From: Candidatus Cloacimonadales bacterium
GTDB taxonomy: Bacteria > Cloacimonadota > Cloacimonadia > Cloacimonadales > JAIOQZ01
Direction: 5' to 3'
Length of the DNA: 64,000 nucleotides
Assembly: GCA_963662655.2 (NCBI GenBank)
Contig: CAXXTU010000002.1
Location: 1,312,001-1,376,000, forward strand
The notes beneath the pieces were generated by a model, which saw only the letters and a program-made list of their open reading frames with translations, ran no database searches and was not told where the DNA came from. The position numbers and the translations under genes were made by a program. How positions within the stretch are numbered: position 1 is the first letter of the stretch; each line of letters begins with the position of its first letter. This document shows, in pieces, positions 48,551 through 58,516 of this stretch.

Positions 48551-49678
48551 ATGAAGAGAATGTTTCTGCTGCTTTTGACTCTGGCAATCGCGTTCGCGCT
48601 TCGCGCAGAAGTCACCGATATCACAATAAAATACAACGACGGCGCAGCCCCGGAAATCCTGGCAGCCGTCGAAATGAATGGCGTTCCCTATTTCAACGTT
48701 TACGAGCTGAACAAAGTCTTCAACGCCCGTATCCGCGAGGATGAAACCGACCAGCGACTCCGGGTGGATTTATACGGCGCTCAACTTATCTTTCTGATCA
48801 ACTCGGCGTGGTTCCAGGCTACGGATAAAAATTACCGCATGCTGTATCCGCTTCGAAGCGAAAACATGCGCTACTACCTCCCGCTATCGTTTATCGAGCA
48901 GAATCTTGCCGGCGTCCTCGGCGGAAAAATCGCCTATGATGCTTCGAAGAAAATCGTCACGGCCGAAGCCCCTGTCGATCACTCCATCAAGCGCATCATC
49001 CTCGATCCCGGACACGGCGGCGTCGACCCTGGCGCGATCGGATTTTCAAAGGATAACCACGAGAAGAACATCGTCCTCGATATCGCGAAAAAGCTGAAGA
49101 AACGTCTCGAATACGAGCTGGACATCGAAGTCCTCATGACCCGCGACACGGACGAATTCATCTCGCTCCGCAATCGTTCCAAATTCGCGAACGAGAATCA
49201 GGGCGACCTCTTTATTTCGATTCACTGCAACGCCTCCCCAAACAGGAAGACCACCGGAATCGAAGTTTTCTTCCTCTCCCCCGCCAAAACCAACGACGCC
49301 CGGGCCGTTGAAGCGCTGGAGAACTCTGTTGTCCAGAAGTACGAAGGCGGTGAGGACGCCGTGCGCCGTTACGACGACCTCTCGTTCATCCTGATGGACA
49401 TGGCGCAAACCGAGCAGTTGCAGGAGAGCTGCGACCTCGCGTGGAAGCTCCAGGCGAATCTCGTCTCTGCGTCCAGGAGCGTCGACAGGGGTGTCAAGCA
49501 GGCGGGATTCTACGTGCTTCGGGTATCCTTCATGCCGGCGGTGCTCGTCGAGCTTGGCTTTATTAGTAACAAAGACGAAGAGAAGAAGCTCTTGAGCTCT
49601 TCCTATCAGGATAAACTCGTCGCTGCCCTCTACGAGGGCATCAAAGATTTCAAATTCAAGTACGATCGCGTTCGCTGA
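48551..49678 (+). CDS. N-acetylmuramoyl-L-alanine amidase (Amidase_3)
   Basis: Signal peptide; ILDPGHGGVDPGA, EK, FISIHCNA, MPAVLVELGFISN. Confidence 0.93.
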   Translation: MKRMFLLLLTLAIAFALRAEVTDITIKYNDGAAPEILAAVEMNGVPYFNVYELNKVFNARIREDETDQRLRVDLYGAQLIFLINSAWFQATDKNYRMLYPLRSENMRYYLPLSFIEQNLAGVLGGKIAYDASKKIVTAEAPVDHSIKRIILDPGHGGVDPGAIGFSKDNHEKNIVLDIAKKLKKRLEYELDIEVLMTRDTDEFISLRNRSKFANENQGDLFISIHCNASPNRKTTGIEVFFLSPAKTNDARAVEALENSVVQKYEGGEDAVRRYDDLSFILMDMAQTEQLQESCDLAWKLQANLVSASRSVDRGVKQAGFYVLRVSFMPAVLVELGFISNKDEEKKLLSSSYQDKLVAALYEGIKDFKFKYDRVR

Positions 49679-49693
49679 TCGTTGGGAGACTGA

Positions 49694-51700
49694 ATGAAAA
49701 AAGCAGGTCTTTTACTCGCTTGTTTGCTATGCGCATTCGCCATTTCGGCAATGGACCACCTGAACGAGCTGAACATCATCCTCTTCGATACGTCGATGAG
49801 CATGCAGGGGATCGGTGACGGAGCCGGAATCGATATCTTCGACAAGGAGAAAGAGGCGGCGATTTTCCTCGTGGAGCACGTGCCGGACAACAGCTATCTC
49901 ATGGTCATGCCGTTCAACGAGGACATCGACAAAAACATGTTCAAGGCGCGCGTCGCAGGCGATGTGGAACGCATCCAGGCCGCGGACTACATCCATTATC
50001 TCGATGCGAAAGGAATGCAGACATCCCTGACACGCTCTGTTCAATCCGCGGTACAGGCAAGTGATCTCGCGGTTACGATGGAGCGATTCATCCCGGAATA
50101 CGCCAACCTGTACATCTTCTCGGACGGCAAGGGAAACGACGCACTCGACCGCGACATTACAAACCTGATCAAGGCCATTACCATCGACGACCCGCTCATT
50201 CCGCCCCTCAACACCCAAATCATCGCGATCGGCAATATATTCTCCGAAGAAGAGATGGAAGCCCTCGCCCAGGCAAACGCCCGGGTGCTCTCCTTCGACC
50301 GGGAGCATTTCAAGAAAATCAACATCTACGTTACCAGCCTCGGTTCCTACTCTCTCGGCACCGTCATCTACCAGATGATGAAGCTGGAAACCAATCGCGA
50401 AATGATCGGCAAGCAGATCGATCTGGGCGTCGTCGTTAAGGAATTCGAGGATATCGTGATCCCTATAATCCTCGAGAAAGCGGTTGAGCTCAACACGAAA
50501 GAACTGCTCGACAGGAAGGGATTCAAGATCGGAAACCGGGAAAGCTCCACAACCGTCCACGAGGCGATCCGGACTCGTTTCGCAATCATCGACAGTCTCT
50601 ACGACACCCAAGTCGTCGCGCTGCTTGATTCCGTAGACGCGCCATCGCTTCTGGCATGCTTCACCGCACTAGATTCCCTGATAGAGGACGAAATCAAGCT
50701 CAATCTCAAGACTCTGGAAAACCTGGCGAACTACCAGGCGGTGGGGCTGGACACGCTTTTCGCCAAGCCGAAAAAGATCACCATCAACCGAGCGACAGTG
50801 GTCGACACCATCGCTTTCAACGTTGCCGAGTACCGCACGTTCATCGATAGCCTATACGGAGTCGACCTGCAAAAACTGGGCCTCGATCAGCTCCATACGT
50901 CGCTTCAGTTCTCGGTAGATGTCCGTGAGACAACCGGGCACGAATCCGCAATCTTCCCGGGAGACGAGATCGAATACCTTACAAGAGTCGGAGACGACAC
51001 GTTCGTCCCCCTGCAACCCGAACTGGGTAAAAAGAAGCACAAGACGAGATTCACCGTCGAGGTTGGATTCCGGAAAATTGTCATCTACCTCGCTGTTCTT
51101 CTGCTGGGAGCTGTCGTGACGATCATGCTGTATCTCTGGTCGCGTTCGGCGCATGTGAGAACAACGCGCGATTATAAATACGTCGATGTCACGTCCTACC
51201 TCGAGGATGCGCCGGAAACGATCGATCTCCAGAAAACGATCGACGATATCCTGAAGAAGGAAAAAGCTCTGCTGCAGAACATCCGCGTGCAACGTCATTA
51301 CGCCCACAGCAAGCTGCCGCAGGTAACCGCCATTAAAACCGCCGCCAATTACGTACTGGGAGAACTGATCCGCAACGCCGGAGACGCCCTCTCCTCTGCG
51401 GACGATTCCCGCCTGGTCATAAAAATCGGTGAGGACATAAAGTCCGTGAAGGTATTGATTCAGGATAACGGTATCGGCGTTCCGGAAGACATGAGAACGA
51501 ACGTTTTCCGCAAGAAGTTCTCGATCAAGGGCAGAGAAGGGGCCGGCTTGATCAAGTGTCATAAAATCATGAAGTGCATGAACGGAAGTTTGATCTACAA
51601 GCCGATCACCCGGCTCGAGACGGACACGGTCACCAGGTCACACAAGGTGATCGATAACGGCTCGTTGTTCATTGCCGAGTTTTCCCGTAACGGCAAATAG
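49694..51700 (+). CDS. vWA-domain membrane protein with C-terminal HATPase_c domain and no evident H-box
   Basis: MIDAS DTSMSM and FSDG; TM helix; ELIRNAGDA, QDNGIGV, GAGL. Confidence 0.7.
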   Translation: MKKAGLLLACLLCAFAISAMDHLNELNIILFDTSMSMQGIGDGAGIDIFDKEKEAAIFLVEHVPDNSYLMVMPFNEDIDKNMFKARVAGDVERIQAADYIHYLDAKGMQTSLTRSVQSAVQASDLAVTMERFIPEYANLYIFSDGKGNDALDRDITNLIKAITIDDPLIPPLNTQIIAIGNIFSEEEMEALAQANARVLSFDREHFKKINIYVTSLGSYSLGTVIYQMMKLETNREMIGKQIDLGVVVKEFEDIVIPIILEKAVELNTKELLDRKGFKIGNRESSTTVHEAIRTRFAIIDSLYDTQVVALLDSVDAPSLLACFTALDSLIEDEIKLNLKTLENLANYQAVGLDTLFAKPKKITINRATVVDTIAFNVAEYRTFIDSLYGVDLQKLGLDQLHTSLQFSVDVRETTGHESAIFPGDEIEYLTRVGDDTFVPLQPELGKKKHKTRFTVEVGFRKIVIYLAVLLLGAVVTIMLYLWSRSAHVRTTRDYKYVDVTSYLEDAPETIDLQKTIDDILKKEKALLQNIRVQRHYAHSKLPQVTAIKTAANYVLGELIRNAGDALSSADDSRLVIKIGEDIKSVKVLIQDNGIGVPEDMRTNVFRKKFSIKGREGAGLIKCHKIMKCMNGSLIYKPITRLETDTVTRSHKVIDNGSLFIAEFSRNGK

Positions 51701-51810
51701 TTACACGACCGCTCAAGATTTTCTGTGATCGTAATTGACAGGATCATGCCACCGTGTAAATATTGAATATTATATGTGAAGTTGAAGAAAAATCAGGCAG
51801 GAGAATACGT

Positions 51811-52272
51811 ATGAGAGTCTTTGAAGGCAATTTGAACGCTGAAGGAATCAAGCTCGGCATCGTTGTGAGCAGATTCAATGAATTCATCAACAAGAAGCTG
51901 TTGGAAGGCGCGCTGGATTGCCTCAAGCGCCACGGAGCGTCGGAAGAGGATATCGATATCGCCTGGGTTCCGGGCTCGTTTGAAATCCCTCTCACAGCGC
52001 ATAAGATGGCACAAAGCAAGAAATATGACACCATCGTGTGTCTGGGCACCGTTATCCGCGGTTCCACACCGCACTTCGATTACGTAAGCGCCGAGGTTAG
52101 CAAAGGCATTGCCAATGTGGGATTGAATACCGGCGTCCCGGTGGTTTTCGGCGTGCTTACGACCGACACCATCGAACAGGCCATCGAGCGCGCGGGAACC
52201 AAGATCGGCAACAAAGGCTGGGACGCAGCGCTTTCGTCCATCGAACTCGTAAACCTTTATCGGGGAATGTAG
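51811..52272 (+). CDS. ribH: 6,7-dimethyl-8-ribityllumazine synthase
   Basis: [28 protein letters not shown]. Confidence 0.97.
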   Translation: MRVFEGNLNAEGIKLGIVVSRFNEFINKKLLEGALDCLKRHGASEEDIDIAWVPGSFEIPLTAHKMAQSKKYDTIVCLGTVIRGSTPHFDYVSAEVSKGIANVGLNTGVPVVFGVLTTDTIEQAIERAGTKIGNKGWDAALSSIELVNLYRGM

Positions 52273-52273
52273 A

Positions 52274-52738
52274 ATGGGAATGAGGCGTAAAGGCAGGGAA
52301 CTTGCCGTTCAGACAATCTATTCGCTCGATTTTTCAGATACGGACGAATACCTCGGCATGATGGAGTGGATCGGCAAGTATAGCGAATACCTCGACTACA
52401 TCGCCGAGAATTCAAGTATCGTGCAGGATAGTACAATATACACTTTCGCGGACGACCTGGTACAAAAGGTCATCCGCAATATCGACGCTGTCGATAGCGC
52501 CATCAAGGATAAAGCCGTAAACTGGTCCTTCGAGCGCATCGCAGCGATGGACAAGAACATCATGCGCATCGCGGTAGCGGAAATCCTGTTCACGGATACA
52601 CCTTCCCCCATCATCATAAACGAAGCGATCGAGATCGCGAAGAAATTCAGCTCGGAAAACTCCGGCAAGTTCATCAACGGTATCTTGAACACCATAGCAA
52701 AAGAAAATGAAGAACCCCAGGAAGAAAATAACGTGTAG
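52274..52738 (+). CDS. nusB: Transcription antitermination factor NusB
   Basis: RRKGRELAVQ, NEAIEIAKKF, FINGIL; follows ribH. Confidence 0.95.
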   Translation: MGMRRKGRELAVQTIYSLDFSDTDEYLGMMEWIGKYSEYLDYIAENSSIVQDSTIYTFADDLVQKVIRNIDAVDSAIKDKAVNWSFERIAAMDKNIMRIAVAEILFTDTPSPIIINEAIEIAKKFSSENSGKFINGILNTIAKENEEPQEENNV

Positions 52739-53612
52739 CATCGGCGTCATCGTTTACAACGAGGCCGAAAACATCGGGAAGCTGCTCACGAGCCTGACGA
52801 AGCAAAAGACTTCCGTTGCCGACATCAAAGAAATCATCGTCGTGTCCAGCGCATGCACGGACGGCACGGACGATATCGTCGAGGCCTTCAACGATCCTCG
52901 TGTCCATCTGATCAAAGAACCGCAACGGCGCGGGAAATCGTCCGCCATCAACAATTTCCTCAAGAAGGCAACGGGCGATATCCTCATCGTGGAAAGCGGC
53001 GACACCCTCCCGGGGAAATCCACCGTGGAGAAGATGGTACGTGCCTTTCTTGATCCAACCATAGGAATGGTGGGAGGAAGACCCGTTCCCGAGAACACCG
53101 TACGGACGTTTGTCGGCTACAGCGTGAACCTGCTGTGGAAATTGCACCATCGCATGGCGCTGGTCTCTCCCAAACTCGGCGAGATGATCGCGTTCCGCAA
53201 TATCGTGAAGGAGATTCCGGAGAAAAGCGCGGTGGATGAAGCCAGCATCGAGGCGATCGTACTCTCGCAGGGCCTCAAGCTCCGCTACATCCCGGACGCG
53301 ATTATTCATAACAAAGGCCCCGAGAACCTCCCGGATTTCATCAAGCAGCGCCGCAGAATCGCCACCGGGCATCTCTGGCTCAAGAAGACCCAAAACTATA
53401 CCGTGATATCGCAAAACTCCGGTCTGCTGGCATCGCTGGCTTTCAAAGAGCTTTGCCATCACCCCCATCGCGCGTTCCATCTTACAGGAACCGTATTGCT
53501 GGAGATTTATTGCCGATTCCTGGGCTGGTACGACTTCGTCGTGCTCAAGAAGAATCCCTTCACCTGGGACATCGCAAAATCCACCAAGAAACTGGATAAA
53601 CAGGTTATATAA
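52707..53612 (+). CDS. Glycosyltransferase family 2
   Basis: VYNEAENI, CTDGT, GKSSAIN, QRRRI. Confidence 0.85.
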   Translation: MKNPRKKITCSIGVIVYNEAENIGKLLTSLTKQKTSVADIKEIIVVSSACTDGTDDIVEAFNDPRVHLIKEPQRRGKSSAINNFLKKATGDILIVESGDTLPGKSTVEKMVRAFLDPTIGMVGGRPVPENTVRTFVGYSVNLLWKLHHRMALVSPKLGEMIAFRNIVKEIPEKSAVDEASIEAIVLSQGLKLRYIPDAIIHNKGPENLPDFIKQRRRIATGHLWLKKTQNYTVISQNSGLLASLAFKELCHHPHRAFHLTGTVLLEIYCRFLGWYDFVVLKKNPFTWDIAKSTKKLDKQVI

Positions 53613-54694
53613 TGCTGAGCATCATCCCTCGAATTTTACTCTACAAAATGTCATATTCATTGGGCTTCCCTCGTATGATGCCCATGAACTACACCGTTAG
53701 CCTCACCTATGCGTGCAATTCGCGCTGCATGACATGCAACATCTACGAAAAGAAAGCCGACAACCTTCGTCTGGAGGAATACGATAAGATTTTCAGGAAG
53801 ATCGGGAGATCCCCGTACTGGGTTACGCTCAGCGGTGGAGAACCGTTCCTGCGAAAGGATATCGTGGATATCTGCAAGCTGATATACAATCGCTCGCGAC
53901 CTGCGATCATCAATATCCCCAGCAACGGAATCCTCACGGAGAAGATCGTCAACGCTGTTTGGGATATCGCCGCGTATAGCCGTAAATCAAGGATCGTCAT
54001 CAACCTCTCTATCGATGGTATCGGCGAGCAACATAACCGCATCCGAAACGTCCCGGACAATTACGATAAAGTCATGGCGACCTACAACGCCCTCAGGGAG
54101 CTCAATCTGGAGAACCTCTCCATTGGGATTCATACGGTCATCTCCAAGTTCAATGTCGATTCCTTCGCATCGATCGCCAATACACTGCTTGAGCTCAAGC
54201 CGGACTCCTACATTACGGAAATCGCGGAAGAGCGCGTGGAGCTGGATACCGTGGGGCAGGAGATCACACCGAATCCTCTGGAGTATCGCTCCGCCATCGA
54301 TTTCCTGATTCACCGCATCAAGAACCGGGATTTCAAGGGACTCAGCAAAATCACACAGGCGTTCCGCATCGAGTACTACAACCTCGTGAAGCAGATCCTT
54401 CGCGATAAGACGCAGGTAATACCCTGTTACGCCGGAATCACATCCGTGCAGATCGCACCGGACGGCGACGTGTGGTCGTGCTGCATCAAAGCGGAAAGCA
54501 TGGGAAACCTGCGCGATTTCAATTACAACTTCCGTCGCATCTGGAAATCCAAGGAAATGGATAGAGAACGCAGATCAATCAAGCGGAAAGAATGCTATTG
54601 TCCGCTCGCCAACGCAGCCTACACGAACATGCTGATGGACATCCCCACATTGATGCGCGTATTCTACAGAAGCTTCATACACTGGTGGAACTAA
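53612..54694 (+). CDS. Radical SAM protein with SPASM/twitch domain
   Basis: CNSRCMTC, SGGEPFLR, SIDG, CYAG..GDVWSCC. Confidence 0.9.
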   Translation: MLSIIPRILLYKMSYSLGFPRMMPMNYTVSLTYACNSRCMTCNIYEKKADNLRLEEYDKIFRKIGRSPYWVTLSGGEPFLRKDIVDICKLIYNRSRPAIINIPSNGILTEKIVNAVWDIAAYSRKSRIVINLSIDGIGEQHNRIRNVPDNYDKVMATYNALRELNLENLSIGIHTVISKFNVDSFASIANTLLELKPDSYITEIAEERVELDTVGQEITPNPLEYRSAIDFLIHRIKNRDFKGLSKITQAFRIEYYNLVKQILRDKTQVIPCYAGITSVQIAPDGDVWSCCIKAESMGNLRDFNYNFRRIWKSKEMDRERRSIKRKECYCPLANAAYTNMLMDIPTLMRVFYRSFIHWWN

Positions 54695-54699
54695 CCGAC

Positions 54700-56190
54700 A
54701 TGTTGAACATTCAATCGCTTTCCAAGAACGCACAGCAGCAGTTCACTTTTTCGGATTTCTTCAGCCATCGAAGAAACAATTTTCTCCTGATGACCGAGAG
54801 CTACGATCATCTCCCCTTCTACGACGATATCAATCGCTCGATCCTCCAGCAGATCCTTTCACTTGGATTCGATCAGGGCAAGAGCATCGCCGACCACGAT
54901 CTTCAGGAGCTGTTCCGTCAAATCAACTGGCAAGTGAACGCAACCCTGAAGAAGAGCCCCGTAAACATGGAGGGGAAAAGCCTCGAAACAGGCATCTCAC
55001 TCCTGTTCGTGCTGTTCCGCGAGAATCGCCTTACCGTCGTGCAGTTCGGGAGAATTCTGTGCGGGACCATCAGCGCAACCGAGAAAGTTGAGATCGGACA
55101 CCCCTGGGAGAATTTTTCTGTCAAATCCCGCGATGCTCTGAACCTGTTGGGGTATGTTGACGATAATATCCCGGTGAAGATACACAACATTGCGCTTGAA
55201 CCCGGGCAAAATTTTGTCGCATTCTCGTCGCGACACGCAGCGAGAATCGGCCAGACAGGTCTGAAGCCGAGGCTGTGGAAGATCCTCTTCAAAGAATTGA
55301 ACGACGATTCGCCTTTCCTGCACTGCCTGATCGAAAATCCAATGAAGCCCGATTACCGAATCAGCTTTTTCCGCCGCCTCAAACCGTTCCAGATTACCGC
55401 CGGCATCCTCACCGTCATCATTCTGGTAACCGCCGCATACTGGTTCTGGGGTAGAAACGAAGTGGAAACGCAACTCATCTCCCTGAAAGAGCGTTACCGC
55501 GAGCTGGAACGCAATCAGGATCCGCAAAAAGCACCTGAATTACTCGGAAACCTGATCCAGTCGGTGTTCCCCACAGCGGACTCGGCAAGCATCAAGGAAA
55601 TCGAGCAGAACATCCGCGAGACGATGGAGATAACCAATCGTCTTGTCAAGGGCCCCATCGATCAGATCGGCTTGATTCGCGAGTGGTCGCGCCCAATGGA
55701 AGGGAAATCCGGCATCGTCCCGAAGTTCGATTCGAAGGCCATCTATTACGGATACAAAAACAACGTTTGTGCAATCGACAAGAGCACGCGCAAAGAGCTC
55801 TGGAAATACGAGGCGGACTCTTCTGTGGAACAGATTCTCCTGACCGATGCGAACCGTCTCCTCGTTGCGACAATGAGTGGAAAGTTATTCTCTTTGAAGC
55901 GCGTAGGGGGAGACATGGAGTGGGTTGCCACCAACGTTACCATTCAACGTGAAGTCACGTCTTTCCCGATACAGCTCAACTATATAAAGGATCGCAGGCT
56001 TCTTTCCAGCGTACTCCTGTTCCCGGAGGGAGATGACCTGTTAGCACTTGAGTCTCGAGACGGCAAAGAGATTGCCAAGCTCGAACTGACATCCGATTCG
56101 ATTCAAATCAGCGAGTACGATATCCTCGAGAAGTGCTGGTATATCGTCGAAGGGAGCAAACTTTCCAAAATCAGGTTTGATGTATTCTGA
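54700..56190 (+). CDS. Membrane protein: degenerate PP2C-like N-terminus, TM helix, C-terminal PQQ-like beta-propeller repeats
   Basis: Central TM helix; AIDKSTRKELWKY, LFSLKRVGGDMEW and ALESRDGKE repeats. Confidence 0.5.
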   Translation: MLNIQSLSKNAQQQFTFSDFFSHRRNNFLLMTESYDHLPFYDDINRSILQQILSLGFDQGKSIADHDLQELFRQINWQVNATLKKSPVNMEGKSLETGISLLFVLFRENRLTVVQFGRILCGTISATEKVEIGHPWENFSVKSRDALNLLGYVDDNIPVKIHNIALEPGQNFVAFSSRHAARIGQTGLKPRLWKILFKELNDDSPFLHCLIENPMKPDYRISFFRRLKPFQITAGILTVIILVTAAYWFWGRNEVETQLISLKERYRELERNQDPQKAPELLGNLIQSVFPTADSASIKEIEQNIRETMEITNRLVKGPIDQIGLIREWSRPMEGKSGIVPKFDSKAIYYGYKNNVCAIDKSTRKELWKYEADSSVEQILLTDANRLLVATMSGKLFSLKRVGGDMEWVATNVTIQREVTSFPIQLNYIKDRRLLSSVLLFPEGDDLLALESRDGKEIAKLELTSDSIQISEYDILEKCWYIVEGSKLSKIRFDVF

Positions 56191-56204
56191 CAATGAGGTG
56201 AGAA

Positions 56205-56432
56205 ATGAAAAAGCAGAGGACCCAATTGTACATTCAGCTACTCACGTTGTTTATCGGATTCATTTTTCTCTGCGTCGTGTATCTGGCGCTGACGGATATC
56301 TGGCACGGCGAAGAACCCGATCTCAAGGGGGAATGGGACATCGTTCAGATCGGAATCAAGATTATCGGCGGCAGTATTCTGATATCAATTGTGATCAGCG
56401 TCGTCAATCTGTTCCGGAAAAAACAGGGGTGA
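56205..56432 (+). CDS. Small two-TM hypothetical protein
   Basis: SD GAGGTG, two hydrophobic segments. Confidence 0.6.
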   Translation: MKKQRTQLYIQLLTLFIGFIFLCVVYLALTDIWHGEEPDLKGEWDIVQIGIKIIGGSILISIVISVVNLFRKKQG

Positions 56433-56539
56433 TCTTCGAATTTCTTGTCGCGATGCGATCGAATTTCCAATTTACTTGACAAATCGATTCCATGAATTTG
56501 AGTATAATAAAAACACACAGAATAATCAAAAAGGATTGT

Positions 56540-58093
56540 ATGATGACAAAACGTTTATTGATTTTCCTCATTCTTCTGCTTCCGTTATTCATTGCAGCTC
56601 AGGAGATTGACTCCACGTCCGTTAGCGCTACCGCGAGCACGGGCTTTGGATTCGGCGGAGCATTCGGTAGCATGACGATGAACGGTAAAACCTACGCGCA
56701 AATCCGGCTGATGCCGGAACTGGTTTTCGGAAAATTCGGTATCGGCCTGGACGCGGATATTCTGATCGATGAAGAAGGAAACATCCGTGAAGAAGACTGG
56801 GACGAGTGGGAAGACTACGTGAACAAGGTCTATTATATCCGCTACGGACAGCGTGGCGATAAGTTCTATGGCAGAATCGGTGGCTTCAAGAGCTATACGC
56901 TCGGCCATGGACTCATCATGAGCAATTACACGAACATGCTCCTCTACCCCGAGTATCGCCAGATCGGTCTGCAACTCGGTGGAACGTACCCCGGCGAACT
57001 CTTCGAGCTCGAAGTATTCACTTCAAACGTGCTGGAGAACGACATCCTCGCCGGCAGGGTTGCCGTAAAACCTTTAAGCAAGATGCCGCTTCCGATTCTC
57101 AATAACTTGAAGATCGGCGTCTCGGCAGTTACTGATCGCGATCAGTACAAAGGCTTGCTGGATGACGACGACGACAATTACGCCAATGAGTTCGACGATT
57201 TCCCATACGACGAAGACAAGCACAATCTTGTGGACGAACCGGATGAAGTGGCATACCAGATGGAAATCTATCAGGAAATCCACGGCGACACGCTGGGATT
57301 CCATCAGTGGTTCTGGGACGATTCCCAGGCTATCGAGAGCCGTAGAAATCGATCCCTTGACGATTTCGAGGAAGACGATGTGACTGTGTTCGGCCTCGAT
57401 TACGAACTTCCGCTCATCGAGCTTCCAAAGTTCTATCTTTCAAACTACGGTGAATACGCTCAGATCGTCGATCACGAGTGGGGCTTCATTTTCCCGGGTT
57501 TCTACATGAAATTCCTCATCTTCAACATGAACCTCGAGTATCGTTACTATCACGAGGACTTCGAGCCTTCATTCTTCGACAACCTGTACGATGAGAACCG
57601 CGTAAGCGTTTATACGATCCAGGATACGGTGAATGGTGCAACGGAGGTCACTGCAGTTACGAAGGAAGAGACGCTTTCCCGTAATCCTGAAATGCAGGGC
57701 TGGTATGGCAGCATTACCGCCAATCTCTTCAATACAATCTATCTCACGGTTGCGTACGAGGATATGTACACGGATGTGAAAGACGAAGATGCAGACAACT
57801 GGAACACGCACAACAAGTCGATCTGGGGTAAACTGTCCCTTGCTCAGACCGTGATTCCGCAACTGAAGGAACTCTCCGTGGCGTATCAGCAAACCCGCGT
57901 TGAAGAGGTGCTGAAGGAGTGGAAAACACCTTCCACGCTGATAACCGGGACAGCCGTTTATGGTATGGCCGCCAACACGAATCTCGTGGTGAAATACCAG
58001 GAGCGTTATGTGGATTACGATGGAAACGGTGAGATCAAGGGCGAAGACGAGACCATCAAGACGATGGCTTTCGGCGTTGAGTTCCGTTTCTAA
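56540..58093 (+). CDS. Putative outer-membrane beta-barrel protein with an acidic Ca-binding-like loop
   Basis: Signal peptide, amphipathic strands, DDDDDNYANEFDDFP, terminal Phe (GVEFRF). Confidence 0.6.
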   Translation: MMTKRLLIFLILLLPLFIAAQEIDSTSVSATASTGFGFGGAFGSMTMNGKTYAQIRLMPELVFGKFGIGLDADILIDEEGNIREEDWDEWEDYVNKVYYIRYGQRGDKFYGRIGGFKSYTLGHGLIMSNYTNMLLYPEYRQIGLQLGGTYPGELFELEVFTSNVLENDILAGRVAVKPLSKMPLPILNNLKIGVSAVTDRDQYKGLLDDDDDNYANEFDDFPYDEDKHNLVDEPDEVAYQMEIYQEIHGDTLGFHQWFWDDSQAIESRRNRSLDDFEEDDVTVFGLDYELPLIELPKFYLSNYGEYAQIVDHEWGFIFPGFYMKFLIFNMNLEYRYYHEDFEPSFFDNLYDENRVSVYTIQDTVNGATEVTAVTKEETLSRNPEMQGWYGSITANLFNTIYLTVAYEDMYTDVKDEDADNWNTHNKSIWGKLSLAQTVIPQLKELSVAYQQTRVEEVLKEWKTPSTLITGTAVYGMAANTNLVVKYQERYVDYDGNGEIKGEDETIKTMAFGVEFRF

Positions 58094-58111
58094 TCGACAG
58101 TTGTTTTAATT

Positions 58112-58139
58112 AAAGCCGGCATAACCTGCCGGCTTTTTT
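58112..58139 (+). terminator. Intrinsic terminator
   Basis: AAAGCCGGC-ATAACCT-GCCGGCTTTTTT. Confidence 0.85.
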
Positions 58140-58168
58140 GCGCTCTTCGATTCACCTCAGCAATCCCC

Positions 58169-58333
58169 GCGCGGCGCGGCGTGGAATCCCCCACATCCCA
58201 ACAGGATATTCACATTCATTCTCTTTAGCAGACGTAGAGTATCCTGTTGGGATTCCGGGAGGGATTCCTGGTAAGTTGCGAATGCACCGCATTCGCAACT
58301 TACCGTGTGCGAGGCACACACGCCGCGCCGTGC
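58169..58333 (+). repeat. Structured intergenic element, copy C (four-way junction)
   Basis: P1 58169-58182/58320-58333; P2 58183-58190/58261-58268; P3 58270-58285/58289-58304; P4 GTGTGC-GAG-GCACAC 58305-58319. Confidence 0.8.
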
Positions 58334-58516
58334 TTGTGTTCCAGCTCAATTCATCGAGGAGATTTCTCGTTTTCGAGGTTGAATTATTCAAGTTTGAACG
58401 GCGGACAAATCGAGAAAATTGAGGAATCATAAAAAAAAAGCTTTACAAGCTACATACGGGATATAGTGTAATAGGTTTTGCGTATTGATACGTATAATAA
58501 TCCAATGGAGGTTACG

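Noticed and set aside
56476..56508. TTGACA...TATAAT promoter upstream of the outer-membrane protein
   Set aside because: The spacer is 21 nt, too long for a canonical sigma70 pair; the -10 may still be real
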